Assembly (NCBI RefSeq): GCF_009914755.1
Contig: NC_060925.1
Strand: one strand, 5' to 3'
DNA length: 64,000 nt
Source: the human T2T-CHM13v2.0 reference genome, Homo sapiens
Shown: one piece after another, positions 26,468 through 40,065 of the stretch
Numbering within the stretch: position 1 is the stretch's first letter
Layout: every line of letters begins with the position of its first letter
Notes under the pieces: model-generated
What the model was told of the DNA's origin: nothing
Databases searched by the model: none
The model's input: only the letters and a program-made list of their open reading frames with translations
Translations under genes and position numbers: made by a program

Positions 26468-26973
26468 CATGCAGCGGTATCTGCACACTGTGGCTCGGGC
26501 GGCAATGCGGCAATCTGGGAGGGCTGCGGCCGTCAACGCCCACGCAGCAGGGAGAGACCGGGAGTGGACAGCCACAGGCAGGGCTTCTTAACCAGCCGCG
26601 CCTGGCTCCCTGCGCATCCCGTATCCCGGGTCCTAAGAGATAAAAGGTCAGGGGAGATTTTGAGGGTTTGATATTTTTCGCCACCTATTTGTTAAGCCCT
26701 TAAACCCCAGCACTTTCAGTCACCTGAGGTCACCTCTCTGACAACACCTCCCCTTCCGCATTCTAAAAATACAAAACCCAGAAACAGAAGCTTTAGTGTG
26801 GTTAAGTAACATACACTCTCTGCCTGACAAACTCCTCAGCCCTCCCCTGGACAGCTCCCAGTCTCTCCAAGCCGACTTAACGTCCTAGGAGACCACCTCT
26901 CCCTGTTCACGTGCCCTGTAGCAAATGCTGCTGTGAACTGCGATTGTGTGAGCTTCCTGAGAGCAGCTTAATG

Positions 26974-26989
26974 AGAGAGAGAGAGCGAG

Positions 26990-27024
<35 letters not shown>

Positions 27025-27042
27025 GTGAGAGAGAGAGAGAGA
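26974..27042. repeat. Interrupted (GA)n microsatellite
   Basis: Read directly. Confidence 0.95.
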
Positions 27043-28309
27043 AATTTGGTGGGTAAGACTTCTCAGCCCCCAGACCAAATTGGATATCCCTAACATACCC
27101 CTGTCCTCACACATCCCGGCCTCTCCTTTCAGACCCTCTCTTCTCCTTTCCCTCTGTGTGAACCATGTCAGGCAGGTTAGCCTTGGAGGCTCTCAGTGTA
27201 GACAGTGTCTTAGAGATCCCCTCACTCTTCTTGGGTGCACCCGGCAAACACGGGTTCCAGGAACTCACTGATCACCGCCCCATCCACAGCCCAGGTCTTC
27301 CTGTTGTTTTGTGGTCTACTGTGATTGGTGGGAACGTCTGCCCACCGTAGCCAGCAAACTCTGTCTCCCAGGCATGGCTGCCCATCGTCTCACCTGTCTT
27401 TCCCATTGCGCCTTCTCGGAGGTGAAGGCTGTGCTGTTAAGAACCCCACTTGGCAGAAGGCCAGAGAGGAGGGCTGGGCAGGGCAGGGTAGGGCATGAAC
27501 AGTGAGCTGTTGGTCTAGGCAGGGCATGAATTGATGGTGAGCTGTTGGCCTAACCAACAGATGGTCTGAGGTGAGGATGCAGGGTGGAGAGAGTGCTAGG
27601 GTCAAGGTAGCATTTGAAGTGGGTAAAGTCGGTCATCTAGGTGCTCCTGTCATCCACATAGCTCCTGAGTTTTGTTCATTATCACTGAAAGTTCCTTTTA
27701 AAATATCCTTCCCACACACCCCCAGCGGCCCCGTGTGTTGGATCATCTTGCCTGCAAAACAAACTGCTCTTATTATGTAATGATGAGTGAGTGCGTCTAT
27801 CCACCGTTAACAACCTGAACATTTGTAACAACCAACATAGCTTCTGGCTGGCGTGAGAGGCTGTGGACTGCCTCACTCTCACTAAAGTGTGAGAATTCAG
27901 CCCCAAGTAGAGTCACTTGACATTCTGTTTTGCCTGGGCAGGCTTGTCACATGTAATAGTGTGACTTTCTCTCAGGCTTCTTGAAATTCTAAAATAACTG
28001 AAGCGCCTCCATATGACCCTCTTGGACAACCAATCTCTGGGGATTCCTGGGTGCGGATACTGGCTTTGGTGTCTGACTTGCTCTGTCCTGCAGAGTCCCA
28101 CTCCTTGTTTGCTGGGTGGGTAAGTGTTCATTAGCTAATATTTTTAACGGTTTCCATAAAAAATGGATTAGTGTGCTAATTTTAACCATAGCTTCACATG
28201 GCATAATGCCTTAGCCCAATAAAATACATAAAATTGTATATACAGCCTGATTATAACTTCATTAAAAAGCAACAACAAGGGGTAGGATTTCTAGCCATGG
28301 CAGAGTGAA

Positions 28310-31300
28310 GATAAAATTATATGCTTATATTAGAAAAGAAGATCTTACATCAATGACCTCGTTTCCAACTTAAGAAACTAGAAAAAGGAGAGCAAGTGAA
28401 ACCCAAAATGAGCAGAAGGAAGGAAATAATAAAGATTAGAATGGAAATTGATAAAACAGAGAACAATAGATAAAATCAATGAAATCAAAACTGGTACTTT
28501 AAGAAGATTAATAAAATAGATAAGTATCTAGCCAGTCTAACCAGAAAAAAAGAGAAATAACCAATATCAGAAATGAGAGAGATGACATTACTATTATTAA
28601 CTCTACAGACCTCAAAAGGACAATGAGGGAAATTCTAAACAACTCTATGACAATAAATTGGACAACTTGGTTGAAATGGAGAAATTCCGTGAGAGACATA
28701 AACTACCAAACCTCACACAAAGGAAACAAATAACCCAGTACCCCATAGTTATTTAAAAAATAAATATGTAGTTTAAAACCTGCTTAGTTTTAACTAATTT
28801 TCTTGGTTAAAAACAAAGAAAATTCCAGGTTCAGATGCTAAACTGACTAATGCTACCAAATGTTTAAGGAAGAAATAATTCTACACAAATTCTTTTAGAA
28901 AATGGAAAAGATAATACTTTTCAATCCATTATGTGAGGCCAGCATTACACTTATACCAAAACCAGACAAAAACATCACCAGTAAAGAAAACTACAGGACA
29001 ATATGCTTCATGAACATAGACGTACAAACCGAATAAAGACGTATGAAATCAAATACAAAATAATAAGAAAAGAATAATACATCATGACCAAATGGAGTTT
29101 GTCATAGAAATTCAAGGTTGGTTTAACTTTAAGAAATCAATGTAATTCACCATATGAAAAATATGAAAAAGCAAAACCACATGATTATCTTAATAGACAG
29201 AGAAAAATGTTTGAAAATATTCAGTATTCACTTGTGATAACATCTTTCAGCAAACTAGGAATAAAGGGAGTTTTTTTGACCTAATAAAATACATCTATAA
29301 AAAAACCTGTAGCCAACATTATACTTAATGATGAAAGACGGAATGCTTTCCTTCTAAAATCAAGAAGACAAGGATTTCTGCTTTCACCATTTCTATTTAA
29401 GATTCTATTGGAGCTTGTACCCAGCACAATAAGGTAAGGAAAAGAAATAAATGGCATCTAGATTGTAAAGGAAGAAGCAAAATTATCTTTATTCACAGGT
29501 GGCATGGTTATTTATGTAGAAAATCCAATGGAATCTACCAAAAGAGCTACTAGAATTCATAAGTGAGTTTAGAGAGATGTCACAATACAAGATCAATGTA
29601 CAAAAATCAATCATTTTTCTAAATACAACAAACAATTATAAATTGAGATTTAAAAACCCCATTTACAATAGCATTAAAATATAAGATACTTAGGGACAAA
29701 TCTGAGAAAGGATGTGAAAGACCTATACACTGAAAATTCTGAAACATTAATGGTAGAAATGAAAGACCTAAATAATTGGAAAAATAGACTGCATTCCAAG
29801 GTCAGAAGATAATATTGTCAAGACATCACTTCTTCTTAAATTAATCCACATATTCAATAGAATCTCAATAAAAATCTTGGCAGAATTTTTAACAGAAATT
29901 GACAAATTGAGCTATACAATACTGCAAGGAACCTAGAATAACCAAAGCAATTTTGAGAAAGAACAAGATTAGAGGGCTAATACTATATTATTTCAAGACT
30001 TACTACAAGGCTGCAGTAATAAAAACAATGTGGTATTGGTGTCAAGATAGACAAATAGATCAATGGAGTAGTAAAGAAAGTCCAGAAATTGATTCACACG
30101 TATATGGACAATTGATTTTTGATAAAGATGCAAAGGTAGAAAGAAGTCTTTCAACAAATGGCGCTGGAACAACTGAACAGCTATATGCAACATGAACACA
30201 TGTACATAGACCTTTTCCTAATGTCATAAACAAAAATCAGCTCAAAATGGATCATTAGACCTAACCAAAAGAGCTAAAACTATATAATTTCTAGAAAAAA
30301 CAGAAAATGTTTTGACCTTGTGACCTTCGGTTACTCAAAGATTTCTTAGATATGACGCTAAAGAAGCATGATGTATAAAAGAACAAATTGATAAATTAAA
30401 CCTCGCTGAATTAAAAACGTTTGCATTTCAAAGACACCATTAAGAAAATGAAAACATAGATCCAAGCTAGGAAAACATATTAGCAAATCCTACAAAAAAT
30501 TACTTTTTGTAGAGACAAGGTCTCACCATGTTGCATAAGCTGGTTTCAAACTCCTGGCCTCAAGCAATCCTCCCGCTTTGGACTCCCAAAATCCTGGGAT
30601 TACAGGCATGAGCCACTGCACCTGGCCCTCTCTGCTCTTCTCACTCCATCTAACAAGGAACTCACATGCAGAATATATGAAGAATTTCTATAACTCAGTA
30701 AAAAAGAAAAACAAATTTAAAAATGGGCAAGATAACTGAATAGGCATCTCACCAAAGAACATATACTAATGGATAATAAGCACATGAAAAGATATTCCCA
30801 TCATTAGTCATTATGAAATACAAATTTAAAGCATAATGATCAGAACAGTGAAGCCAAAAAAAAAAAAAGAGAAGCACAAAAAGATATCACTACACACTAC
30901 AAAACTGTAATATAAAAGACTGAGGATAACATCTGTTGGTGAGAATAGGGAGAAATTGAAACACTCATTCATTGTTGGTGAAAATGTAAAATGGTGAATC
31001 TACTTTGGTAAATAATTTGTAGTTTCTTTACAAAGTTAAGCATATACCTACTATATTAGCAATTTATTTATAGGTATCCATCCAAGAGAAATAAAAACAT
31101 ATGTCCACACAAAGACTTATATGAGAATACTTATAGCAGGAATAGTCAATATAGCTAGAAACAGAAAGGAATCCAAATGTCCACCAACTGCTGGATTAAC
31201 ACAATGTGCTATATCCATACAATGGAATGCTATTCAGCAATAAAAAAGAAATAGACTACTGGTATATGCTATAACATGAATGCACCTCAAACATGCTAAG

Positions 31301-31570
31301 TGAAAGAAGACAGACATAAGAAACACATATCATATGACTCCACTCCTGTGAAATTGCCAGAAATGGCACATCTATAGAGAAATAAAGCAGAACAGTGGTA
31401 GCCTGGGGCTTGGGGCGGGAGTAGGGATTGACTGACAAGTGGCAGGAGTGAACTTTTGGGGGTGATGGATATATAAATCTATAAATTTACCAAAACATTA
31501 ATACTTAGTCTAAAAATGAATGCATTTTGTAGTGTATAAGTTATACCTCGATAAAGCTGTTAAAACTACA
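28310..31570 (+). mobile_element. Old 5'-truncated L1 (L1MB/L1MC-type): decayed ORF2 plus 3'UTR
   Basis: A-rich. ORF 29953-30195 gives the ORF2 remnant [16 protein letters not shown]...DRQIDQW...PEI...YGQLIFDK. The 3' end reads ttatacctcgataaagctgttaaaa. Many stops and frameshifts. Confidence 0.9.
30497..30652 (-). repeat. Inverted copy of 24978-25134 (Alu left arm plus 25 bp of unique flank) inserted in the L1
   Basis: The reverse complement begins tagatggagtgagaagagcagagagggcc, identical to 24978-25006. About 11 differences over ~157 bp by manual alignment. Confidence 0.9.
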
Positions 31571-32189
31571 CAATAACAACAACTACTACACATGCTGGGA
31601 AAAATGATGGGAAAAATGTGCCAACATACCAAAAATGGTTATGTTGAGATTGTGTTGCGAGTGGATTTTTTTCTTTATTTCTTACATTTTCAATAATCTG
31701 CACTACATTTATCATGAAAAATATAATAACTTAAACAAGAGTGAATTCAGGACTATTTTGTAAGACCATAAATAGTGGCAAGTCTTGGAGATGGAGGTTG
31801 ATATCGGTGAAAAGTCTGATTGGAAAGGCATTCTTATTTTGAAGATTCTTTATAGGTCCTACAGCCATTCAGAAGTAATAAAATCAATAAGCCTGGGGCT
31901 GCCAATAGAAAAACCTTGGCATCATCCTGACTTCTTCCTCCTTCATTTTTAAGACTTCATCTCCAAGTCTTGGCAACTCTTCCTTTAGAGTCAGGATACT
32001 TTGGTTTCTTTCTGCCCATTCTGGCCACACAGCCCTCACTCAGCCCTTGGCCCATTGCAGAAGCATTCTAACGGGTCTGCTACCTTCAGTCAGCTTCCCC
32101 TTCAATCTTCCCAGAGCAGTGTAAATACATTATTTGTAATGGGTAGGGAAATGCCCCACTACTTATTCCGTACTGTAAAACCTCAATAA

Positions 32190-33535
32190 TCAGAAGAGTG
32201 TGGTGGTCCCAGCACATAAATATACAGACCAATGGAATTGAATGGGAAGTTCAGACATAGCCTGAGGACATATATAAATTTGTATACATAAAGGTGACAT
32301 CTCATATAACAATGAGAGTAGGGATGGCTTTTTAATAAATGGTATAATGACTACTGAGTAGCCACACCACACCCTCTGCCAGTATAAACTCCAAATAGAC
32401 TGAATATTCAAATGTAAAAAGTAAAATTCTATTACTAGGAGAAATCTCAGGGAAATATTTTATAATCATAAAGAATATCTGTCAATATATGACTCATAAA
32501 ACTAAAGCCATAAAACAAAAAATTGATAAATTCAGTTACAACAACAACAAAACTTTTGCACAGTAAAAAATATGGTAAGACAATTCAAAGAAAAATGATA
32601 AAGTGGGAAAAATATCTGTAACTCATTATCCAGACAAATGGCTAATCTTCATATATAAAGAGCTGAAAGAAGTCAATAAGGTAAAAGGTAAGCAATACAA
32701 TAAAAGAGTGGGAAATGGCAATGAACAATCAGTCCACAGACAAAGAAGTGCATGTGCTCCTTAATATGTGAAAAGATACACTCCTTCATTCATAATTAAG
32801 AGAAATACATATTAAGGCTACACTGAGACATCATATTTTTTGACCTATTGATTTGGCAAAAATTCAAAAGTTTAGCCATATATTTATTTTCTGTGCTCTG
32901 AAGAAACAGGCCCTCTCATTCATATATTGTTGGTGGGAGTGTTAATTGGTTCAGCCCCATGGAGGCCAATTTGGCAACAGTTTTCAAAACTACAAATACA
33001 TTTACCCTTTGACCCAGAAATCACATTTCCAGGAATTTATTCTATGAATACACCTAAGTATATTAAAATGACATATACACAAGGTCATTCATTGCTGCAT
33101 GATCTGTAATAGTAAAAGACTGGAAACAGCCCAAGTGTCTATCACTAGGGGACTGGTAAAATAAACTGTGTTATAGCCATACATGGACTACTATGCTACT
33201 ATAAAAATGAAGCAGGAGTATTTCTATGTTTTGATACAGAAAAAAGCTCTGGATATATTATAAAGTGAAAAAAAAGCAAGATAAAGCAGTGTATTTAGTG
33301 TGCTACTTTTGAGTACAAAAATCAGAGGAAGGGAAAGATATATTTGTATTTGTTCATATCTGCACAAAAAATACTAGAACGATACACAAGAAATGAATCT
33401 CGGTGGTTATCTACAGGGATTATGGAATGGAGTGGACAGGGCGGAGTGAGAATGAGACATCTCAGTGTGTACCTTTTATAATTTATTATTTTGGTTTTTT
33501 GATTTATGTGAAATATTACTATTCAAAGCAAAAAG
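32190..33535 (+). mobile_element. Ancient L1 3' fragment (L1ME-type)
   Basis: acagaccaatggaattgaat...tttggcaacagttttcaaaact...tttgacccagaaatc...ctggaaacagcccaagtgtc. Confidence 0.8.
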
Positions 33536-33894
33536 TAAAAATCTCTTAAATTTCACCATTAATGCATGTTAGAAAACGTATATACACAACCATGTTGAAG
33601 TGTTGTTCCCACAGTCCACACAATCAAGTATAAACTCCTACACCTGTCCTCAAGAGTCTTAATTTCCCAGCTTTATCTCAGCCCTCACCTCTACACAAGC
33701 CTCAGGCACCAGCCAGACCAGACTGGTTCTGGTTCCGTGACAACACCATGTGCTCTGGGACCTGAGTCTTTGTTTTTTCCACCTCCCTGCATGGAATTCC
33801 CACCCCTACCAGTTAATAACTTTCAAGGCCCTCTTCCTGCATCTCCAGTGAAGTCTTAGTATAAGAAGAATGTGATGACGATGACGATGATGAT

Positions 33895-34290
33895 GATACC
33901 TCTGTTTACTGGGCACCTATTTTGCTAGGCATTGCACTAAGTGCTTTATTGCATCTCATTTAATCTTACCGTCAACCACGTGAAGGAGGAATTGCTGTCT
34001 CTGTTTCACACACACAGGAAACTGAAAACAGAAGAGGTAAAACCAGACATGGTGCAGCACCACGACCAAAACCTTCGTGTCTAGGGTCAGACAGGCTTGG
34101 CCTAGACTCCCAACTCAGCTCCTTTCTGGCTCGGTAACCTTGGAAAGTGACATAATCTATGGAAGCTTTAAGTTAATCATCAGTAAATGGGAATAATTAA
34201 AATGTTTATTTCATGGAGTTGTTCAGGATTAATGAGACGCTGGAAAGAAAACACTCGGCACACCGCTTGGCACATAGTAAGTGTTCAATT
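33895..34290. mobile_element. Two MIR elements, preceded by (GAT/GAC)n at 33872-33897
   Basis: gcactaagtgctttattgcatctcatttaatctt; ggattaatgag...cttggcacatagtaagtgttcaat. Confidence 0.7.
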
Positions 34291-34678
34291 ATTGGCTAGT
34301 CACAAAGTCCTTATAGTACCAGATTTTATCCACTGCCCATGTTGAAGTCTCCCTCCCTTGAAGTGTGAAGTCCTAACCACCCAAGCCTCTTGTTTATACG
34401 GACAACATCATGCCAGCCAATGCTATGTTATCTTTCTCTATCTCCATTTGTCTTTATTTCATCAGTTAGATCATAACGGTTTCCAGGGCTAGGGCTAGCT
34501 CCTGGGTTTCTCTCTGTGCTCCCTCATTGGACCCAGCACTTAGTAGATGCTCAATAAATGTTTATTGATTTTGTCTGAAGAAAGTGGGTAAGAAAGGAAA
34601 ACAAAAAGGAAGAAGGAATCTAAAATAAAACAAGAGACATCTAGGACTAACATAATTATAAAAAATGTTAATACAACC

Positions 34679-34786
34679 CTTGAGCCCAGAAGTTCGAGAT
34701 TGCAGTGAGCCACGATCCCACCACTGCACTCCAGCCTGGAAAAACAGTGAGACCCTGTCTCAAAAAAAAAAAAAAATAATAATAAT
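34679..34786 (+). mobile_element. Alu right-arm fragment (FRAM/AluJ-like)
   Basis: cttgagcccagaagttcgagattgcagtgagc...gagaccctgtctc, ending in an A tail. Confidence 0.85.
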
Positions 34787-36007
34787 GCCAGGCTTGATGG
34801 GGACAAAGTGAAGAGGGAGAAACTCCTATGAGGTGGACAGGAAGTGACATAGCAAGAATAGGAAGTGGGAAAAGAGGGTACTGAAAGTAGTGCAATGCAA
34901 TGCGGGAAACATATTTAGAGGGACTACTCTTGGGCAACACTGAATTTCCTCATTTCTTGAATTCACTAAGATATGGATGATTAAAAGGCCACTGTTAACT
35001 CCCAAGTTAGTCTTATTGTTTGGAGATGATGGTGATGGTTGAAGGGCTTTTAACTGATCACAAGTTGTTCTTGTGCCCTGATGGGGGAAAAGACAGTATT
35101 TAGCCCTGAGCATTAATGGTCCTGGGTGCTGCAAAGGCCAGGAAGCAGTTCTCCATTCTGTCCTCCACACTGGGTATATCTTGACTGGGAGTTTGCATCC
35201 AGTTTTGATCCATGGACTTTATAAAAAGAGGGAGCAGTGGGAGAGTGCAGCAAAGTGGGTGGGGAATGAAATGCTGTCCCCTTCTTCCATGATCACCCTC
35301 TGAAACGCCATTCATCTTGTTAGGTTCACTGTGAAGAAGCCTCCTGGGTGTTAGAATGGGCCTGACCATCCTCCGTATTCCACTGGTTTCCACTTGGTGA
35401 CAGTACTCACACAAAGCTATTTTGCATAAGAGAAATGAGAGAGCAAAACTCCCTCACCCCAGACTGGGAACTCCTTGAGAGCAGAGACCCATTGTGTCCA
35501 TCTCTGTACTGCCTGATGGGGGCCTTGTCCAGTGTCCGGCATCTGGTGCCTGACTTAAACAGGTGCCCCATAAATATTTGTTGGTTGAGGCGTCTCTGTA
35601 GAGGACTGGACAAGAGGTGATGACTTGAAAGAAGGCAGGAGGTCAGATTAGATGCCCCACTGCAGTGCTTCTTTGACACTCTAGACTTCCCACACATTAT
35701 CACCAATCCCACAGAATTCGTCTGTACATTTTAGGCCTCTCTCCCCCAACCAGATCCTTCAGAGCAGAGATGGACTGACTTGTGCTAAAAGTAGATACTA
35801 AATGATTGTTTATTGAATACATGGACACAGCTTCATAATCCTGTAGATTGCTTTAGAGCTCAGCAGAGCTGATTCCCCTGGGAATCATGGTGGTGCTGCA
35901 CCATGCCTGGTTTTACCTCTTTCTTGGCAGCAAGACCTGATGTGTTCTCCTCAAATTTGCATTTGATATCATTCATGTCCCAGGCTAGATCCCTGAGGAT
36001 CTTCAAG

Positions 36008-36268
36008 AATGGCTCCCAAATGTTGGCTGCATATTAGAATTGCCTGGGGAAGCTTTAAAATTCTAGTGCTGAGGTCACATTTTGGATAAATTAAATCAGA
36101 ATGTCTTGGGGTGAGAGCCTGAGTTTAGTGGCTGTTAGTGATCCCCAATTACCACCAAATCACCAAATGATCCCCAATCAGCGAGTGATTTTTAAGGTCC
36201 CCACCAATGGCCCCAAGATCATCATTCCAGACAATCCCCAATGGATATGAAAGTTTGGGAACTACTGG
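36008..36268. mobile_element. MER5A-like hAT element with scrambled internal micro-repeats
   Basis: ttggctgcatattagaattgcctgggg...aattaaatcagaat...aagtttgggaactactg. Confidence 0.7.
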
Positions 36269-36918
36269 TTTTGGAAATGCATTTTTATTATAGAAATTGA
36301 ATAAGTCTCAATATATCAGAAAATTAATAATGAGACCTATGTCCCTGACACAACATAAATGGAGGTGCCACTGTAGAACATTTATCAAAGGATCTGGTGT
36401 GATAGCTGGAATTTGTCCAGATGCTGTTAACGTTTGTAGACTACCCTGAGAAGCAGCTCAGTGAGGCACCTCTTCCTCAGCACAGTTACTCTCTCCTTCC
36501 CCTGTGTGTATTCAGCACTTTAAATTATTTGTTGCTATGTTTTTCTCCTCACTAGTTGTGAGCAACTTGAGGGCAGGAACTGTGTATCTATAAGCACACT
36601 GAGCATCTGGTGTCTGACCCTCGGTGGATGACAGACACCTGTTTGTGGCATAAATGTGTCAGTGAATTCACTCATTAATTTATATACTCATTCAACAAAT
36701 GATGATAGTAACAGACAGAAATGTATGGTATTGGCAGAAAACAGGAGTTAATTAAGACGAGAGAAAAACGAGGAGACCGAATTAAACACAGGGAAGTAAA
36801 AGCTGAAGAATAAAAGAAAGAAAAGGGTATTCATTTATCATTTGAATTCATGTAATGCAGTGGTGGGTAGGTTTGACTGGAAGAAGCGTTTTTTTAAATC
36901 AAATGGACTCAAAAGTGA

Positions 36919-37272
<354 letters not shown>

Positions 37273-37860
37273 TAGGATATTTAGTTACAATTAAAATAAA
37301 TGAGTTACTATGTATTATTTGCATAGCATCCCTTTTCTCTTCCAAGTTCTAGAAAGTCAGAACCTACTTGTGGCACTCACCTCCGTGTCCCCAGTGCCCA
37401 GCACAGCATGACACAGAATGGGTGCTCAGTAAATATTTACCAAGCTGTTCAATGGATTCATGGTTTCAGTTCTTTCTCCTATTACCCAAAATCATCATGT
37501 CATCTTCATCTCAAAGTTGTTATGAAGAATAACTTAGATAAAATACATAAGCACTGGGCGCATGGTAGGCATTCAGTAATTGTTAAGTCATTATTATAAT
37601 TGAGAAAAACAACAGACACTAAGCACCTACTTTGAAACAGACCTTATGCTAAGTGCTGTGCAAAAAGGGACAATCAAAAGTGCCAAGAAATTGCATCTTT
37701 CAAAAGCTGTATGGATTTGAGGACCCCATTGTCACTGCCTCCCCCTGCTCACTCCCCAAAGAGCCTCAGCAAACTCCAGTATTCACTCACAATCATCTGT
37801 CCACCTGGCCACACCCCAGGCAGCCAGCCCCGGAACCACTAAGCCTGGTCTTCCTTTCCA

Positions 37861-37879
37861 CCACCACCAGATGGCAGCA
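37861..37879 (+). promoter_or_regulatory. CTCF motif
   Basis: CCACCACCAGATGGCAGCA fits the core CCASYAGRKGGCRS. Confidence 0.7.
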
Positions 37880-38619
37880 CAAAGCCCACGGATGGACAAC
37901 GCCCCGTGCAGGAGGGCTGCTGTCTCAAGCACAGGTCTGGCCTTGGTCGGCTGTTTGGGAGTTACACTTAATGCTTTGGGATTGGTCCCTTCCTTTCCAC
38001 TTCCAAGCCTCAGACCCCATCCCCTCACCCTAGAGTCACTTCACACCTGCAAGGTCCTCATTCACAATCCTTCGCAGAGTACCTGGAGTGCCTTCCTTTA
38101 GCCTCCATTCCATTACTGATCCCCGGGTTGCTTTTCATGAAGGTGTCAAATCCCTTGTCTGGCCCTTGAGGTGTCTCCCCATCGCAGCTCACCTCACTCT
38201 TTGCTGCACCCCAGCAATGGCCTACCAGTCACCTCCTGTTCTCTGTCTTTGCTCACATCATTCCCTGCCTGTTATGTCCACACATGCATGCTCACCCTTG
38301 CTGCCCCTCCTCTTCTCTCACCAACTTGAAAGCCCAGCGGAGGCTCTCCTGCAGAAGTCTTGGCGCTGGAAACCAGATGATGGCTCACTCTTCTATGTGC
38401 CCCATCACCACTTCCTTTCTTGGTCAGCGCTCAAAGGGTTTCAGGTTCTAGGTGACCTGGTTGCATGATGCTTCATCAACAATCTTCAGGTGTTTCCTGT
38501 CACCCCAGCCAGGGAGTGCAAGAACGGGTTTTTCTCTTAAAACAGAAACTGAGCACTGCAGACTAGCAGGGGTGGGTTAGCCATGCAGAGTTAGAAAGAG
38601 CAATCAGCACTTGGAAAAC

Positions 38620-40065
<1,446 letters not shown>

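Noticed and set aside
29953-30195. 80-aa ORF resembling L1 ORF2
   Set aside because: A fragment of a decayed L1, surrounded by stops and frameshifts.
37874-37903. Possible split REST/RE1 site (GCAGCAC...GGACAACGCC)
   Set aside because: Both half-sites are imperfect and the spacer is non-canonical. The left half is better explained by the CTCF motif. I found no canonical RE1 by eye.
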